Origin: Aplysia californica
Taxonomy: Eukaryota
Assembly (NCBI RefSeq): GCF_000002075.1
Contig: NW_004797297.1
Span: forward strand, 731,760 to 795,759
Direction of reading: 5' to 3'
DNA length: 64,000 nucleotides
Shown piece by piece: positions 26,501 to 39,300 of this stretch. The stretch's first letter is position 1. Each line of letters begins with the position of its first letter. A program made the translations under genes and the position numbers. The notes under the pieces were generated by a model. The model made no database searches. It worked only from the letters and a program-made list of their open reading frames with translations, and had not been told where the DNA came from.

Positions 26501-29092
26501 AACAAGTGAGCTACATTTGTACACCATGACAACTATGTGGAAAGTATAAAAATAATGAGGCCACAATCTGACTGTTCACTTTACCCAAAGAGAAGCAAAA
26601 ATAATATAAAGCTACAGCCACATACTCCCATCTACAATAAAAATCACAGAGAAAAAGACAACTTGCCAAAAACAAATGCTAAAAAACTACACAAGTCTGT
26701 TCCTAAAACAGCATTTTAGCCGTGGACAAGTGACATGTGATTAAAATTCACAACACTAAGACTGATAAAAATTAAAAAAAGCAAAGAGGACTTTTAAAAG
26801 TAATTCGTTTCAAAAGAAAAGTAAGCCTATATGGGCCGTCAGAGCATTAAAGAGCCAAAGCATATTCCAGTTCCAAATGTATCAACAATTAGATTATCCC
26901 TTTGCTACAAGTAGTAATTTTTTATCAATAGTGGTCTCAGTATGCCATTGATTAGGCCCCTTATTTTTATGTCAGTGCATATCAGTCCGTTACCCATTTA
27001 ACATTTGTTCTCTCAGTCTGAGGTACTGTTTCAGTTCCAAATTTGATGGTCACATAATTTCTTACTTTATACTTTGATCTTGTCTTTCCCTTCCAGTACA
27101 ATGATTTAAAAAAAATAATTTTGCTCAAATATAATCTTTATTATGAGTAGCATCCTTTACTTTTGACTCTGAGTAAAACCCTCCTAACTTTGCTTCATAT
27201 TTTCATAATCAAACCCTGGACAGGACGTCAGTCTGTTCAAAGTTCCACCTCCTGACACATGCACGGACCTAAGTAAAAACCTGGGAGGAATAATGTAAAA
27301 ACCCTTTCCAAGTAATGCTGTCATCAGATGAAGTTCTCTCAGGTTTCTAACCCATGATATTTCGACCATAAGTACGTCTACCTCACTACTGAGCCACAAT
27401 GCAACATTGAACCTCATACTAAAAAATAAAGGCACTTTGGGGCAAAAGAATACAAGGAGGGAAATAAATGAAGAGAGCAAATGAGTACCCAATGGAGGAG
27501 AGACATAAAGATGAGGTACAACGAAGGAAATGATATCACAAGATGACAGATGTGCAAGAGACAAACAATGACCTCGTAAGATTACAGATTAGTATAAAAC
27601 AACCCCCCCCCCCTCCCAAATAACACCTTGATGTGAAGCAGACAACCAAATGACCTTGTTAGTAAGTTGACAGACATAATAATATAAGATAAAAAGAAAT
27701 TATGTAATAAATTATAACTTGACAGATGTGATGGAGAAAAGCAATAGTTACATAAGCTGAAAAATGTGTATGACATAAAGAAATGATCCCATAAGCTGGC
27801 AAAGGTGTATGGCAGGTGTGGTTTGCCCATTGAGCGTGGTTGTGCACTGTTGCCCAAAATTCTAAGGCCTGTGTAAAGCCCAAATAAACAGAAAATTAAA
27901 AAAATCCAGCAACAAACATTTTACGGATCCTCTATCAATACATGGTCCTCGCTGGCATATAAATACCATTACTGTGTCTGGGGAGTCATGTAACATTTAC
28001 CATTTCATACCAAGGTTCTCAGGCATCACCCAGGCAAATAGCACATTAAGCTGTGGTAATCTAACCTGAAAAACACTCTTTTGGCTGACAGAAGTGTTGA
28101 CTACACTTGTGGAAAGCTTTGCAGACCATTAGCATTAATATGACCTATAAGACAGCACAATCTCAAGTTGGAAAATTGGTCAAGGTAAGCAGACTAAAAT
28201 AGACACAATCTCAGACTGTTCATGATATACTATTCCCATACCTATGCCCGCTTTATGCTAGTGCTTTGCACTGCCACCATGCTGCTCACTGAGCTGCCAC
28301 TGGTTCTAGCCTTGCCGTATAGCACTGCCTCTGTGACCCTGAACTTAAGAGAGTTCAACAGGACATGCTTAGGTTACTGAGTTAGTAGAGCCTTTTCCAG
28401 GTGTGGTGCTGGGAGTATCATTCAGGAATGCCACAAGGATTTTGTGAAAATAACTGAAAATTTATTAATTTGCTTTTGGAAAAAAAAAGACAGTTAATAG
28501 ACATAACAACTAATATGGTGTTCAACAGAAAAAGAATACTTGGAATAATAACTGTTCTTCAAAAAAATAAAGAAAGAATGGCATCCCTGATTATTACTTG
28601 AGAGTGTCATATCAATGCAAGCGGAATGAAATCTTCAACCTGCGATGGCTTAAAAGCGCATGACCACTGTTAAGCCCAGAAGCCACCCATGGTGTATGAG
28701 GTAAAGAAGAGATTTCATATATTAACATATGTGTATGAGACACACAATATCCTTGGTCATGATCTTAGTTTCATTTCCATAACCTCAAAGTTATGACCAG
28801 ACACATTCATACTTGGGAAGAACTTTATATGGATTGACTTTGATCAAAGTATCTACATAAAAAAATTCAGCTTGTGGTTAGAAATTTAAGCATAAAGAAT
28901 GAACAAGCATAAAGAGCTATTACGAGGCAATCAGACATCCTTCAATCCCCAAGTCAACCTTATTCAGTCATACTCATTGGTATGTACAGGCAATAAAACC
29001 ATAATATATTGCACAGATTTTGCGCTTATCTCGTAATAACAGTAATAATAGTACAAGTTCTTAAAAAATAAGTCTAATTCACAAATACTGTA

Positions 29093-29249
29093 TCATTTTA
29101 AATCTAAATTTTTCACTGCTGATATCTTGTACACAACTTGTTTGCGCTTGAAATCTCTGTGGTTTGCTTGCACAGACAGGAAATGACTTAACAGCTCGTC
29201 AAAGTTTATCTTTTTCACCAATGGCCGGTCCTCACCTCTCCGTTTGCTC
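29093..29249 (-). CDS. VAC14: VAC14 terminal coding exon 17
   Basis: [51 protein letters not shown]; contains the conserved I(N/D)FxELLxHFxxVQ motif. Confidence 0.9.
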
Positions 29250-30259
29250 CTGGGAAATTGTCAAACAAAAGCGTAATCGATTATTTTTTAAAGTAGTATA
29301 TTTCACAGAGGAGACTATATGAAAAAATTTGACTTTCTTAAAAAGAGACAAAGAAAAACTCGACTTTTATCAAAAGAGACTAATTTGGGCAATGCCGATG
29401 TGTTAAATTCAGCTTCTCCTTAATTTTTCCAAAGAGAAACAATGCCAAGGAATCCCTTTCAAGCTAAACTGGATCAAACTCAAAATCACACCCAAGCAGT
29501 CAATTTGAGCTCCAGTAGAGATCAAGGATTCGTAACATGTTAGGTATTAGAAATCAAAAGAAATCAAACAAGGAAGTGCTGAAAGAAGCCCACATGAGCT
29601 GCTCACTAATTTTCTTTTTTTGAAAAGAAGTAACAAAAGCAGTTTCTGAGACAGTTGAATTGATATAATAAAGACTTTGAACATCTTTCTCTCAATGGAA
29701 AAATAGAAGGCCAACGAATCAGGAGAGGACAACTTATTTGAAAAACCTGAACAGATGGGAGACAGGGAAAACATCATGATAATATAGGTCTTTGAGAGTA
29801 TCCCAGGAGAGAAATAAATGGAGAACCATGATCACCAATGTCTACCTCAGATCTGGCACTTAACGATGATGATAATGCATTGGGCAAATCATCATCAAGT
29901 GCCAGATCTGTGCAGATATCAGCAATCATGGTTCCCCATTCATTCCTTTGCTTAGATGCTCTCGAAAATGCAACATTATCCTGATCTTTCTCAGTCACCC
30001 ATCATTAAGTGAGTACAGGTCACAAACAAATCTGTATAGACTCACTCTGTGTCCAGTGTGAGTGTCAGGTTGATCTGTGGTATACACTCGAGCCTGTAGC
30101 GCAGCAGCTTGAAGGCCTCAGACTGGGGCAGAATCATCAGGAGTCCATACAGGCTCTTAATCAGCTCTGGGTTCTTGTGGGCTTCCAGGAGTTGTAGCCT
30201 CAGGTCTGAAACACACACACATACACAAGAACTGGTGATTGTAGTTTTAAATCTGAAAC

Positions 30260-30290
<31 letters not shown>

Positions 30291-30332
30291 CACACACATA
30301 CACAAGAACTGGTGATTGTAGTTTTAAATTTG

Positions 30333-30365
<33 letters not shown>

Positions 30366-33300
30366 CACACACATACACAAGAACTGGTGATTGTAGTTTT
30401 AGATCTGAAACACACACACACACACACACACATGGACAACCACACACACATGAACAAACAAAAACACACGTACTGCATACTGGTGATTGTAGCATTAAGT
30501 TTGAAACATACAAAGTTGTGGTCTCGGGTCTTAAAAACACATGCACACACACAAATACTGACACGTGCAATATTTATCTCGGGTTTTAAACGAACACACA
30601 TACAAAAACATTTACACATGTGATATGTGTAAGTCCAGACACACACATACAAACACATAAGGTAGTCATCTCAGGCCTGAGACACACACACAGAAGAAAT
30701 CCTACATTAAAACACTCACACACAAGCAGCAACAGTCTCAGGTTTGAAACACATAAACATAATGACATGTAGCTGTCATCTAAAGCCTGAAACACACATA
30801 GTAGTCGTCTCAAGCAAGGGGCATATGCATGGAAAATAGCGCCCACTTGTGCCCTCCTTCAAGATGCACCGAAGACACATGCCTTGTACACCATACCCTA
30901 GACGATCTTAATGCAGAAGATACACACAAACACTTACACAAGCACTGGTAGCCTCAGATCTGAAGCACACACACACACACAGAAAGAATGAAAGAAAATG
31001 TGTCTCCCCCCCTCCCCCCATACACACACAAACTAGATATAATCTAGGGTCTGACATACACACACACTGTAGTTATGGTGCAACTGGTTTGGTTACAGTT
31101 AACTTCCCAAAAGCAAAAAGCTGGATTCATGAGGATTGTACCCGCACTCACAGGCAAATATGGGCGACTCTATCAGCTGCACCAATTTGTCTATCTCCTT
31201 GAGGAAATCCACTGTCACTTCCAGATCCCCGCTGAGTCTCAGTTAAGGAATAGTGGTATTTTTGTCTTCAATAGTTATTATAAGAATAAGAACAGTAGAA
31301 CCTGCTCTAACTGCCACTTGTATAGGATAGACACCAGTACAAACAACCATTTCCCATTTAATCCCTTGCATATTTTTAACATTATACAATGACACTGCGT
31401 AAAACACCCATCTCTCTAAGACAGTCATTTTTCTCCACAGAAATGTGCGGCCATCTAAGACAGTTTCCACTGTAGTTATCTTCCTTTATTTCTTCAATAT
31501 TTAGAAGTTATATGCCTCTACTCCACCTTTTGGACACTGATTTTTTTTTGCCCCCTCCTGTCCACCCAGCAGTAATGGGCACCTGACCATCTGTCATCAA
31601 AGTTTAGAAAGTATATTTTTCATATGAACCTCTGTTTCGTAATTTCAAAGAAAGTGCAAATAGATTTCTTGGTAATGGCAAATCTTTCATAAATACCTTA
31701 TAATAAAGAATAAATAAAAAAAACAAAGTAAGCTTCACAAAATTAAGTTCAGACAGAAAGTAAAAATGGTTAAAAAAGCAAACACGCAGTAAGAAAAAGT
31801 GGAATAAGGTAACTAGATAAATAAGAATCATGTTCTCCCAATCTAATAAACAAAGGATACAAGATCTGCATGAGTCTGTAGGCCTGGGCGTAGTTCTGTG
31901 TGAGGTAGCACAAAGACATGAGGGAGATGGGGCTGTGACTCCAGCACTTGTACAGGCAGCAGAACAGACTGCAGCTCTCCTGAGGACAGCACAGACAAAC
32001 ACACACTATGATAGGGAACACAGAACAAACTAAAATTTTAGTCTTAGTTAAGAGTTTTAGTTTTAGTAGAGGTTTTAACAGCGCTCGCAACTGCATAAGG
32101 TCATATGAGCACCAGAAGATTAGAGGAGTTGCAAGAGAGTAACAAACACAAAAAAGGAGGAGAGATAAGGACGATAGATGTTTGATAGGAAAGAGCACCC
32201 GTAAACCACCCACAGGGATTTTAATTAGGTCACATTAAGGGCAGAAGACTTGAGAGTATCATACAAAGAAAAGAATGACGATAAGGATGATAAATGTTTG
32301 ATAGGAAAGAAGGAGCAAACCCCACAAGAGTACCTGCCAAACACCCACACAAACAGGAATTTTCTGCGAGCAGCACAACCGGCATATCAGGTAAAAATCA
32401 GTCTCTTAAAAAAAATTACAGCTTCAAAACCATTTCAATGCCCACTGCATATGTTATTATTATTGATCCAGTCCAGTGCATATAAAACATCCATTGTATA
32501 TGAATAAACACTTTTTTCTACTTTGCATTGGACTGAGGCCACGGAGAGCCTGGATTTAATGTATAAGGACTCGGCTTCTCTCTGAAGTTTCACATGTCCC
32601 ACATCATAACCTTTTTCTCGCTGCAGATAAACTTCTGACATTAAAAAACCTTGGAACTGATAAAGACCACTGACTGACAGTGGTAAACATTGACCTATGA
32701 CCCACCTCAGTGGCTAGTTCCTTGAGTTGTGACCGCAGCTCGTAAATCTCGGTGGAAGTGAGCAGGATAGTGTTCAGTGACTGTACCATGGTGCAAGCAA
32801 AACTCACATCCTGCTCAGTCAGAAGAATCTCGGACAGGCTGCGGAAGATAGCCTCTGCACTCAGGTAGATGGACAGTTGTCTGAGGAGATAATAAAACAT
32901 GCACACTAAAGAAAAGATAAAAACAAGACCGTGTGAAACTTTATAACCCATGTGAACAAATTTTTTTCTTGTACCAGCTGGTAGTAACAATAAATGAAAA
33001 GGGTAATAAAACTGAAATAATACATGCAGCCAGTAATTCCAACAGACGTTGACTCACACTGATTGCACACCTGTGTATCCACCTACCACGGAGCACAATC
33101 ACAAACAGGCAATTCATCTTTTTCTCCCTCTCTCAGCTTTACACACACAGAAAACCTACTGCACTCAGAAATACATAGCTGTAACATTTTCATGAAAAAG
33201 GACAGAGCTTGCAAAGGCATTTAAACGAAGTTCATGATTTTATCTGTAATCTCTTTTTAGCTTCGTTGCTTTAATGAGCTCAGCAGAAATGAGCAATTCA

Positions 33301-36300
33301 GCATTGTAAAATATTTTGCCATCACATCACGAATCTGTACAGAAGGCACATCCCTAACACAAACTTGGAACCCTATCACATTCACAGTGGGTACTTGTTC
33401 ACTGCTCTTTCCCTTACTGCTAAATACATGAAATGCCTTTCCTATTGAATTGTCCCTTCTTCATTCCAGTCTGTCTTTTCTCGCTAGCAAAAAAAGTGGG
33501 CCACAGGTAAAATCATTTACCCACTCAATTAGGAATAGGTATTGACCCCCCAAAAAAATGAAAGATAGCTTCCGAAAGTCTGACAGGCTGATACACTGGG
33601 TGCTTACCTAAGGGACTGAAATAACGAACTCATATGAGAAAAGAAAATCTAGGGGGCTCTCGTGGCCTAGAGGTTAAGGTGTTGGCCTCTCATTCAAAGG
33701 TCCCGGGTTCGATTCCGGGTAGCGACCAAAAAATTTTCTTCTCTAAAATTGTCTCCTTTCCCATCCTTTCCTGATCTCTAACAATGTTCTGTTGTCTGCT
33801 TTCATTTCCACTTTCTGCCCCCACCCCCTCACCTCCTTTGCCCCCTCCTCTGGGCTCCTGGCTCTTTCTGCAGCCTTTCTACTGCTACTCCTTGGCTCCT
33901 CCTAACTGCTGTCTTTCTGCCACACCCCTGATCTTCTGGTAGGAAAGATCTACACCTAGCCTTCTCGGACAAGGGCGAAAAATCTCGGAGGGCCCGTGTG
34001 CAAGTTGCGCACGTTAAAGATCCCTTGGTGGTCTAAAATCGACAAGAGTAGGCTTCGGCCGCCACCCGGGCAAAATTCCAAATTTCCTACCAACTAAAAA
34101 ATATTAGGTGTGTCCCGCGCGCTCATATGACCTATGCAGTTGCGAGCGCCGTAAAACCCTATACTAAACAAACAAACAAACAAAAGAAAATCTATGTTAA
34201 ATAATTAAATAACATGCAACTTTAGACCTTATCAGGTTTCTAAAATGTTTTCCAGATTTGTATTATTAGTTTGAGAGTCTTCAAGATCTTCAAATTCATG
34301 AAGAAAGATGATTTTTATAAAAACTAACTACACGTTTTATATCTTTAATTTAGTTTTAGCGAAAGTTTTAAGGCACTTGCAACATAAAGTCACATAAGTG
34401 CCGAAAATTACAGGTGATACAAAAGAGTAACACACAAAAAAAGGAGGAGAGATAAGGACGATAGATGCTTGGTAGGAAAGAAGAGCAAACCATTCAAGAG
34501 CACCCACCAACCACCCACACATTTTATACTTCGGCTTTAAATCTTCCAAGAAGTAAAGACATTACTCATCTCACCTAATAATAAAAGCCCCTCGGTCTTC
34601 CAACAACTGCTTGTCTTTCTTAAACCAGTCGATGAGGCCATTCATCAGTTTGGTGAAGTACGGGTTCAGCTTCAGATCACCGGATGAGCGGTCAGATGAA
34701 GGAGTGACCGCACCACCTTCCACCACACCTGGGGTGGAACCAAAACCAGCTGGATTGGACGAGATTTCGGACAGAACTTCTAGGTCCAATAACACAACCT
34801 GCAAAACAGATGAAGTGTTGTCGACAATCTAGTGATAAGGGATACTGGAAATCAGAGAACTACCTGTATTCTTCTCACAGACAGTCAGACTAAGGCACAG
34901 CAAACAAAGAATCAAGCTGGAGCACCCACAGTCCCCTCGTAAGTCAGAAATCTTGGAAGAAGAAGTTCTTTAACAAAAAAAATCATTTTGATATTCAAAT
35001 CATGGCCTTTAAATCTCCATAAAAGGTGCCTATTCGATAGCAGAAGACTGACTTTTTAGAGATGATTTTTAAGATTCATTATCAGGTGCCTAAGCCTCAG
35101 TCTGACTGGTCCAACCATAATGCATCACTCGTCCTATTTTACTGGAAAACGAAAGGGAACTTTTTATGAAAGAAACTTGGAAAATTTAACCATTTATTGG
35201 TCTGGTTCACAAATTAATGACACAGACTATCAATTCCATTGAACACTGAACTGGTAACGAGCCATGAATGTTCCTCCATTGCAATGTAAGAAAAGACAAC
35301 ACAGAATGTGCACATTCCGTGGCTGAAGACTTAGCCTGAAGATTGAAAAGACAAGGCTGAGGAATCGACCTTGTGTTTGGGGCTATGATGAAAGTTTGGC
35401 CTGTAAACCCAAATCATAATCTCCCCTGGTTGTTATTACAGACTCACCTCTTCAGGCCTCAACAAAATCCTGAGCCTAAACCCAAAATCATAACTCCCAA
35501 CACCCCTTTTTAAATACTATTATTCAGAATAAGTAGGCGACAGGGTAATCTTTCTAAGAATTGGCTGCCAAATGCTCAAGCTCAGTGGCAACACACACAA
35601 TGTGTTGACATCCAAAAAGAAATATGACAGTCTTCTATTACGAACTGTTCGTATACAATAACCATTAAAAAATGCAACATGTACACATTAAGATTTTCTT
35701 ACAATAGAGAGAAACATTAGTCTATATAAAATAGAAACATTGCAACCCCCCCGCCCCAACAACAACACTTCAGATGTGCGCCAAAAAAAGGGCTTGCAAT
35801 ATGTATCGTATAAACTCAGGTCACAATCTGTTTCCCATGAATACAGTCTGTTTCATTAAATCAGATCATGACCTCACAATAAATAGGCTTTCCTTGACAA
35901 ACTTACATCATCAGAAGGATCAGACAGAGTAGTCATTAACAAACCGAAGAATTCCTCAATGTACCGGAATGTCTGTGGAGAGAGAGAGAGAGGGAGAAAT
36001 CATTTCAACTGCAACTGGTATAATAGGACACAGATTCTATTTTTACACTTGAACAAAACTAAAAAGCAAAAAAAAAGAAAACACTTCTGCAGTTAAGCAC
36101 AGAAATGTAGTTGGAAAATGAGTATGTTATACAATTGTTTTTTTCACTGAAAAATATTGTAAGCAGTTTAAAATGATTTACTACGAGAAATAATTTAATT
36201 CATACAAACAAATAACATGATTTATAATTTAAAATATACACAGCGGCAATAGAAACTTTCCACTTGGAGAGAAGCCTGTATTGTGGTTATTATTCAACAT

Positions 36301-39300
36301 ATACAAATAAAAATTGACATAGACATATTTCAAAGTATTTCAAGAAGTGTGTTTTGTGTTGTTTCTTGATCCTGTCTCATAAAGAGGTACAGTGGTAAGC
36401 ATGAACTGGTACCTCTTGATTTTAAAATGTCACACCAGTAGCGTGCATTGTAGCCCCTTGCAAAGATGCAAGCTCGGCATGTTCAGCGCATTAATCGAGT
36501 CAGTTTTTTTGTTTCTTATTTTAATTAATTGTAGTGGCAGTCCATTCCACTCTTGAATCAAAGCTTGTCCCAGCCGTTCTACAATGTTAATGTTGTTTTG
36601 GGAGCTCCCTCTAAGGCCCAGTCAGTTCAAGCGTAATTATCGGAAAGATGGCAAATGTTGGTCACTATAATGGCCGCCTTGCTCAATGTCCAAAGGTGTT
36701 TTAAGGCCGTAGTTGTACCCTTCTATCACTGATAACTCTTCCAGTGTCTGTAGGAAACTGACATGCAGAGCCGGTCGTTGTGAGAAAGTGATCTCAAAGA
36801 TGCTACAGCAGTATCTGTCCGTCTTCTTGGGCAGTACTGACCTGTGGTCTGCGTTGTCTGGGTCTGTCAGGTGTAAATCCAGTGACTAGGAGCCTTTCTT
36901 TCAGGATATTGAAGGTTGGGTGGGAAAAATGAAGCATCCGCGCCACACTACGGGCTGATAGTACAGCTTGCAGCGTTCAAATTGCCTAACAGCGCTCCTA
37001 AGGGCTTAACCGTGGCATCTTGTACAGCAATTTAAGACGACAAAAACCAGCTGGAATGTGTATGTTAACTTGTTTTTTCAGTTCTAAAGTAGCTGATGTG
37101 TTGATCTAAACACAGTTTAGACGATTTCATAATTTTGGAGAAACATAAGTCACAAAATGTGTTAACTGATTCCGTCCATTCGGCCGCTGACCGCGGCTCA
37201 ACGAAATCCAAAACAAAGGTGCACTTTTTAACATAGTTCCTATTTTTTAAGTTGTCGAAAGGAAGTAGAACTTGTAAACAAACCTGACCTCAATCTTTGA
37301 GCGCCAATATCGATCGAAACTCTTGCAAAAATCGTTGTTTTGTTGTTGCAATGTAGGCTAGATCTAAGGGTAAACAACACGGAGCCTGGTATAATAAAAA
37401 GGCTCTTCAAAGAAAGATATTCAATTAAATTTGTGAAATTCTTGCATAAATGTGTGCTAGGGTGATATCGCTACAATGTTGTGTTGATTCCTATAGATTA
37501 TAAAGACTTGTAGAGCTGAGAAAATGCGGTAAGTAGAAATTTTCGAAGAGCTGTTGCGCAATTTTTTTTCCTCATTCGTTTTTGTCAGAAGGAAAATGTA
37601 ATACAAACAGATTATAGGTCATTGTTATTGATATAAACAGATTTTTCTATTTATTCCCATCAGTTTGGTATATGACAATACCTATTATAGTGACTTAGAG
37701 CTTCATAGTAATGCATTAAATAGACGCACCCCAGGTCTAAAACTGAGCAGGGAAAAATAACTCTGTCCAGAGCCTGAAAAAATCATGGACGGAATCAGTT
37801 AATTTGCATGTGGGACACGTGACCATATTGTTAAATTTGTGTTCAGGAAAAAGATCAGCGTGGAGCCATTGTTTGGGTACACGGTGAATGATGTGCAAAA
37901 TTTCGCTCATTAACACATGTGAACAAGGGCGCAGTTACAAAAAGAGTGGTAAGTTTCTATTGCCGCAGTACTCCCATACTGTTATGTTTTCTGAAGCATA
38001 AAACATTTCTTTTCCCACAAAAATCTTTTGGTCATAAATGAGCTATTCATAACATAGAGAAAACAAGTTATTGGCTATGCACTGCATACTTTGTTAGGTG
38101 TTTTCACGAGGAGCAGGTTGAACCATTTGAGCGCTGCCACACGTGTCTGTATTGTCTCGTGGCCAAGTAATCTCTGCAATACTTTGATCACAGACAGGAT
38201 TTCCAACTGGATGCTGGCACTGAGGAAAGACAGAATAGCAGAGGGAATTAGACAACTGATCAGAGAAGACTAGACTAGATTTTTTGGAATCCAAACTTTT
38301 CAAGACATTAAGTACTTAGCTGGCAGAAACAACACCCCCTCAAAACCATGACACTTCATTTGACAAGATGGACGTGATAATGTTTGAGGTGTTCAGAAGA
38401 GAAAAAAGTATTGCTTATTAAGATGTTTAGATGGGAAGCAACAACATAGCAAAATGACAATAGCAAAATTTCCTCATGAACAAATTTGACTACGATAGCA
38501 GTAAAACTGATAAAAAGCAGACTTATAGAACGCTAGTCAACTGCACTCTGAGCAAATGCTAAAAAAATTATTTTCAGTAACATTTTGGAAAGCTGTCACA
38601 GTTAGTTTAAAATATTTTTGTTCCTCTAGAGTAGAATAAACATTAAGGGGTACCACCTAGAATCAGGAAGAGTTCCTGAACTTGTGGATTTTTCAGAGCA
38701 AAAATAATGAGACCATGTACTTCTGAATATATGGATTATTTTTTGTTTGCTAGCATTTAACATCCCACTAGACTCTAAAATGTTTTTTTAAAAAAAGGCC
38801 CATGACCAAATCACAAGAGTTAAGCGGGTGACGAAAGTTGAGGCAACAAAGTAATTACTAACAAAATTGTAAATTTGAACAAAGACATTACAGCATGCTC
38901 AGGCATCATCATGTGTGTACAGCTACTGCAGATACGCTGTGGTTCTACTCATTCCAAACAATATCACTGGCGAACAGGAATGATCAGGATTTTTTTGGAA
39001 AAAAAGACACCCCTCATTACACCAAAACACGCAAACGTATCCAACATGGAGAAAATTTCAAATATGCACAAGTCACCTGTTAGCTTTCCCAGCCTCAGAA
39101 TTCTGCAGCTCCCCCTGGAGTGTGATGTTCTCTGCTGTGGGCGTCGGCTGATCGTCCTGAGCTTCCACAAGCTTGCGTAGGGCCAAATTCAGGTTCTCTG
39201 CTGCCTCACGCACCCTGGAGGGGGCAACAGGTTTATTTTGAGAGTTTGATAAATATGTTTATTTCAGCAGAATTTAAAATAAAATATTCTTTCAGTTCTT

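Noticed and set aside
29774-29998. 74-aa ORF inside VAC14 intron 16
   Set aside because: GTG start and no convincing splice sites. It overlaps the inverted repeat, which explains the sequence better.
30200-30658. Cys/Val-rich ORFs
   Set aside because: Translations of (TG)n tracts in the intron 15 array.
33652-33728. tRNA-like sequence (also at 39817, near 11125-11200 and near 16620-16691)
   Set aside because: A/B boxes are present, but the acceptor stem does not close and the sequence continues into a repeat body (with a tail and TSD for the family A copies). These are SINE heads, not tRNA genes.
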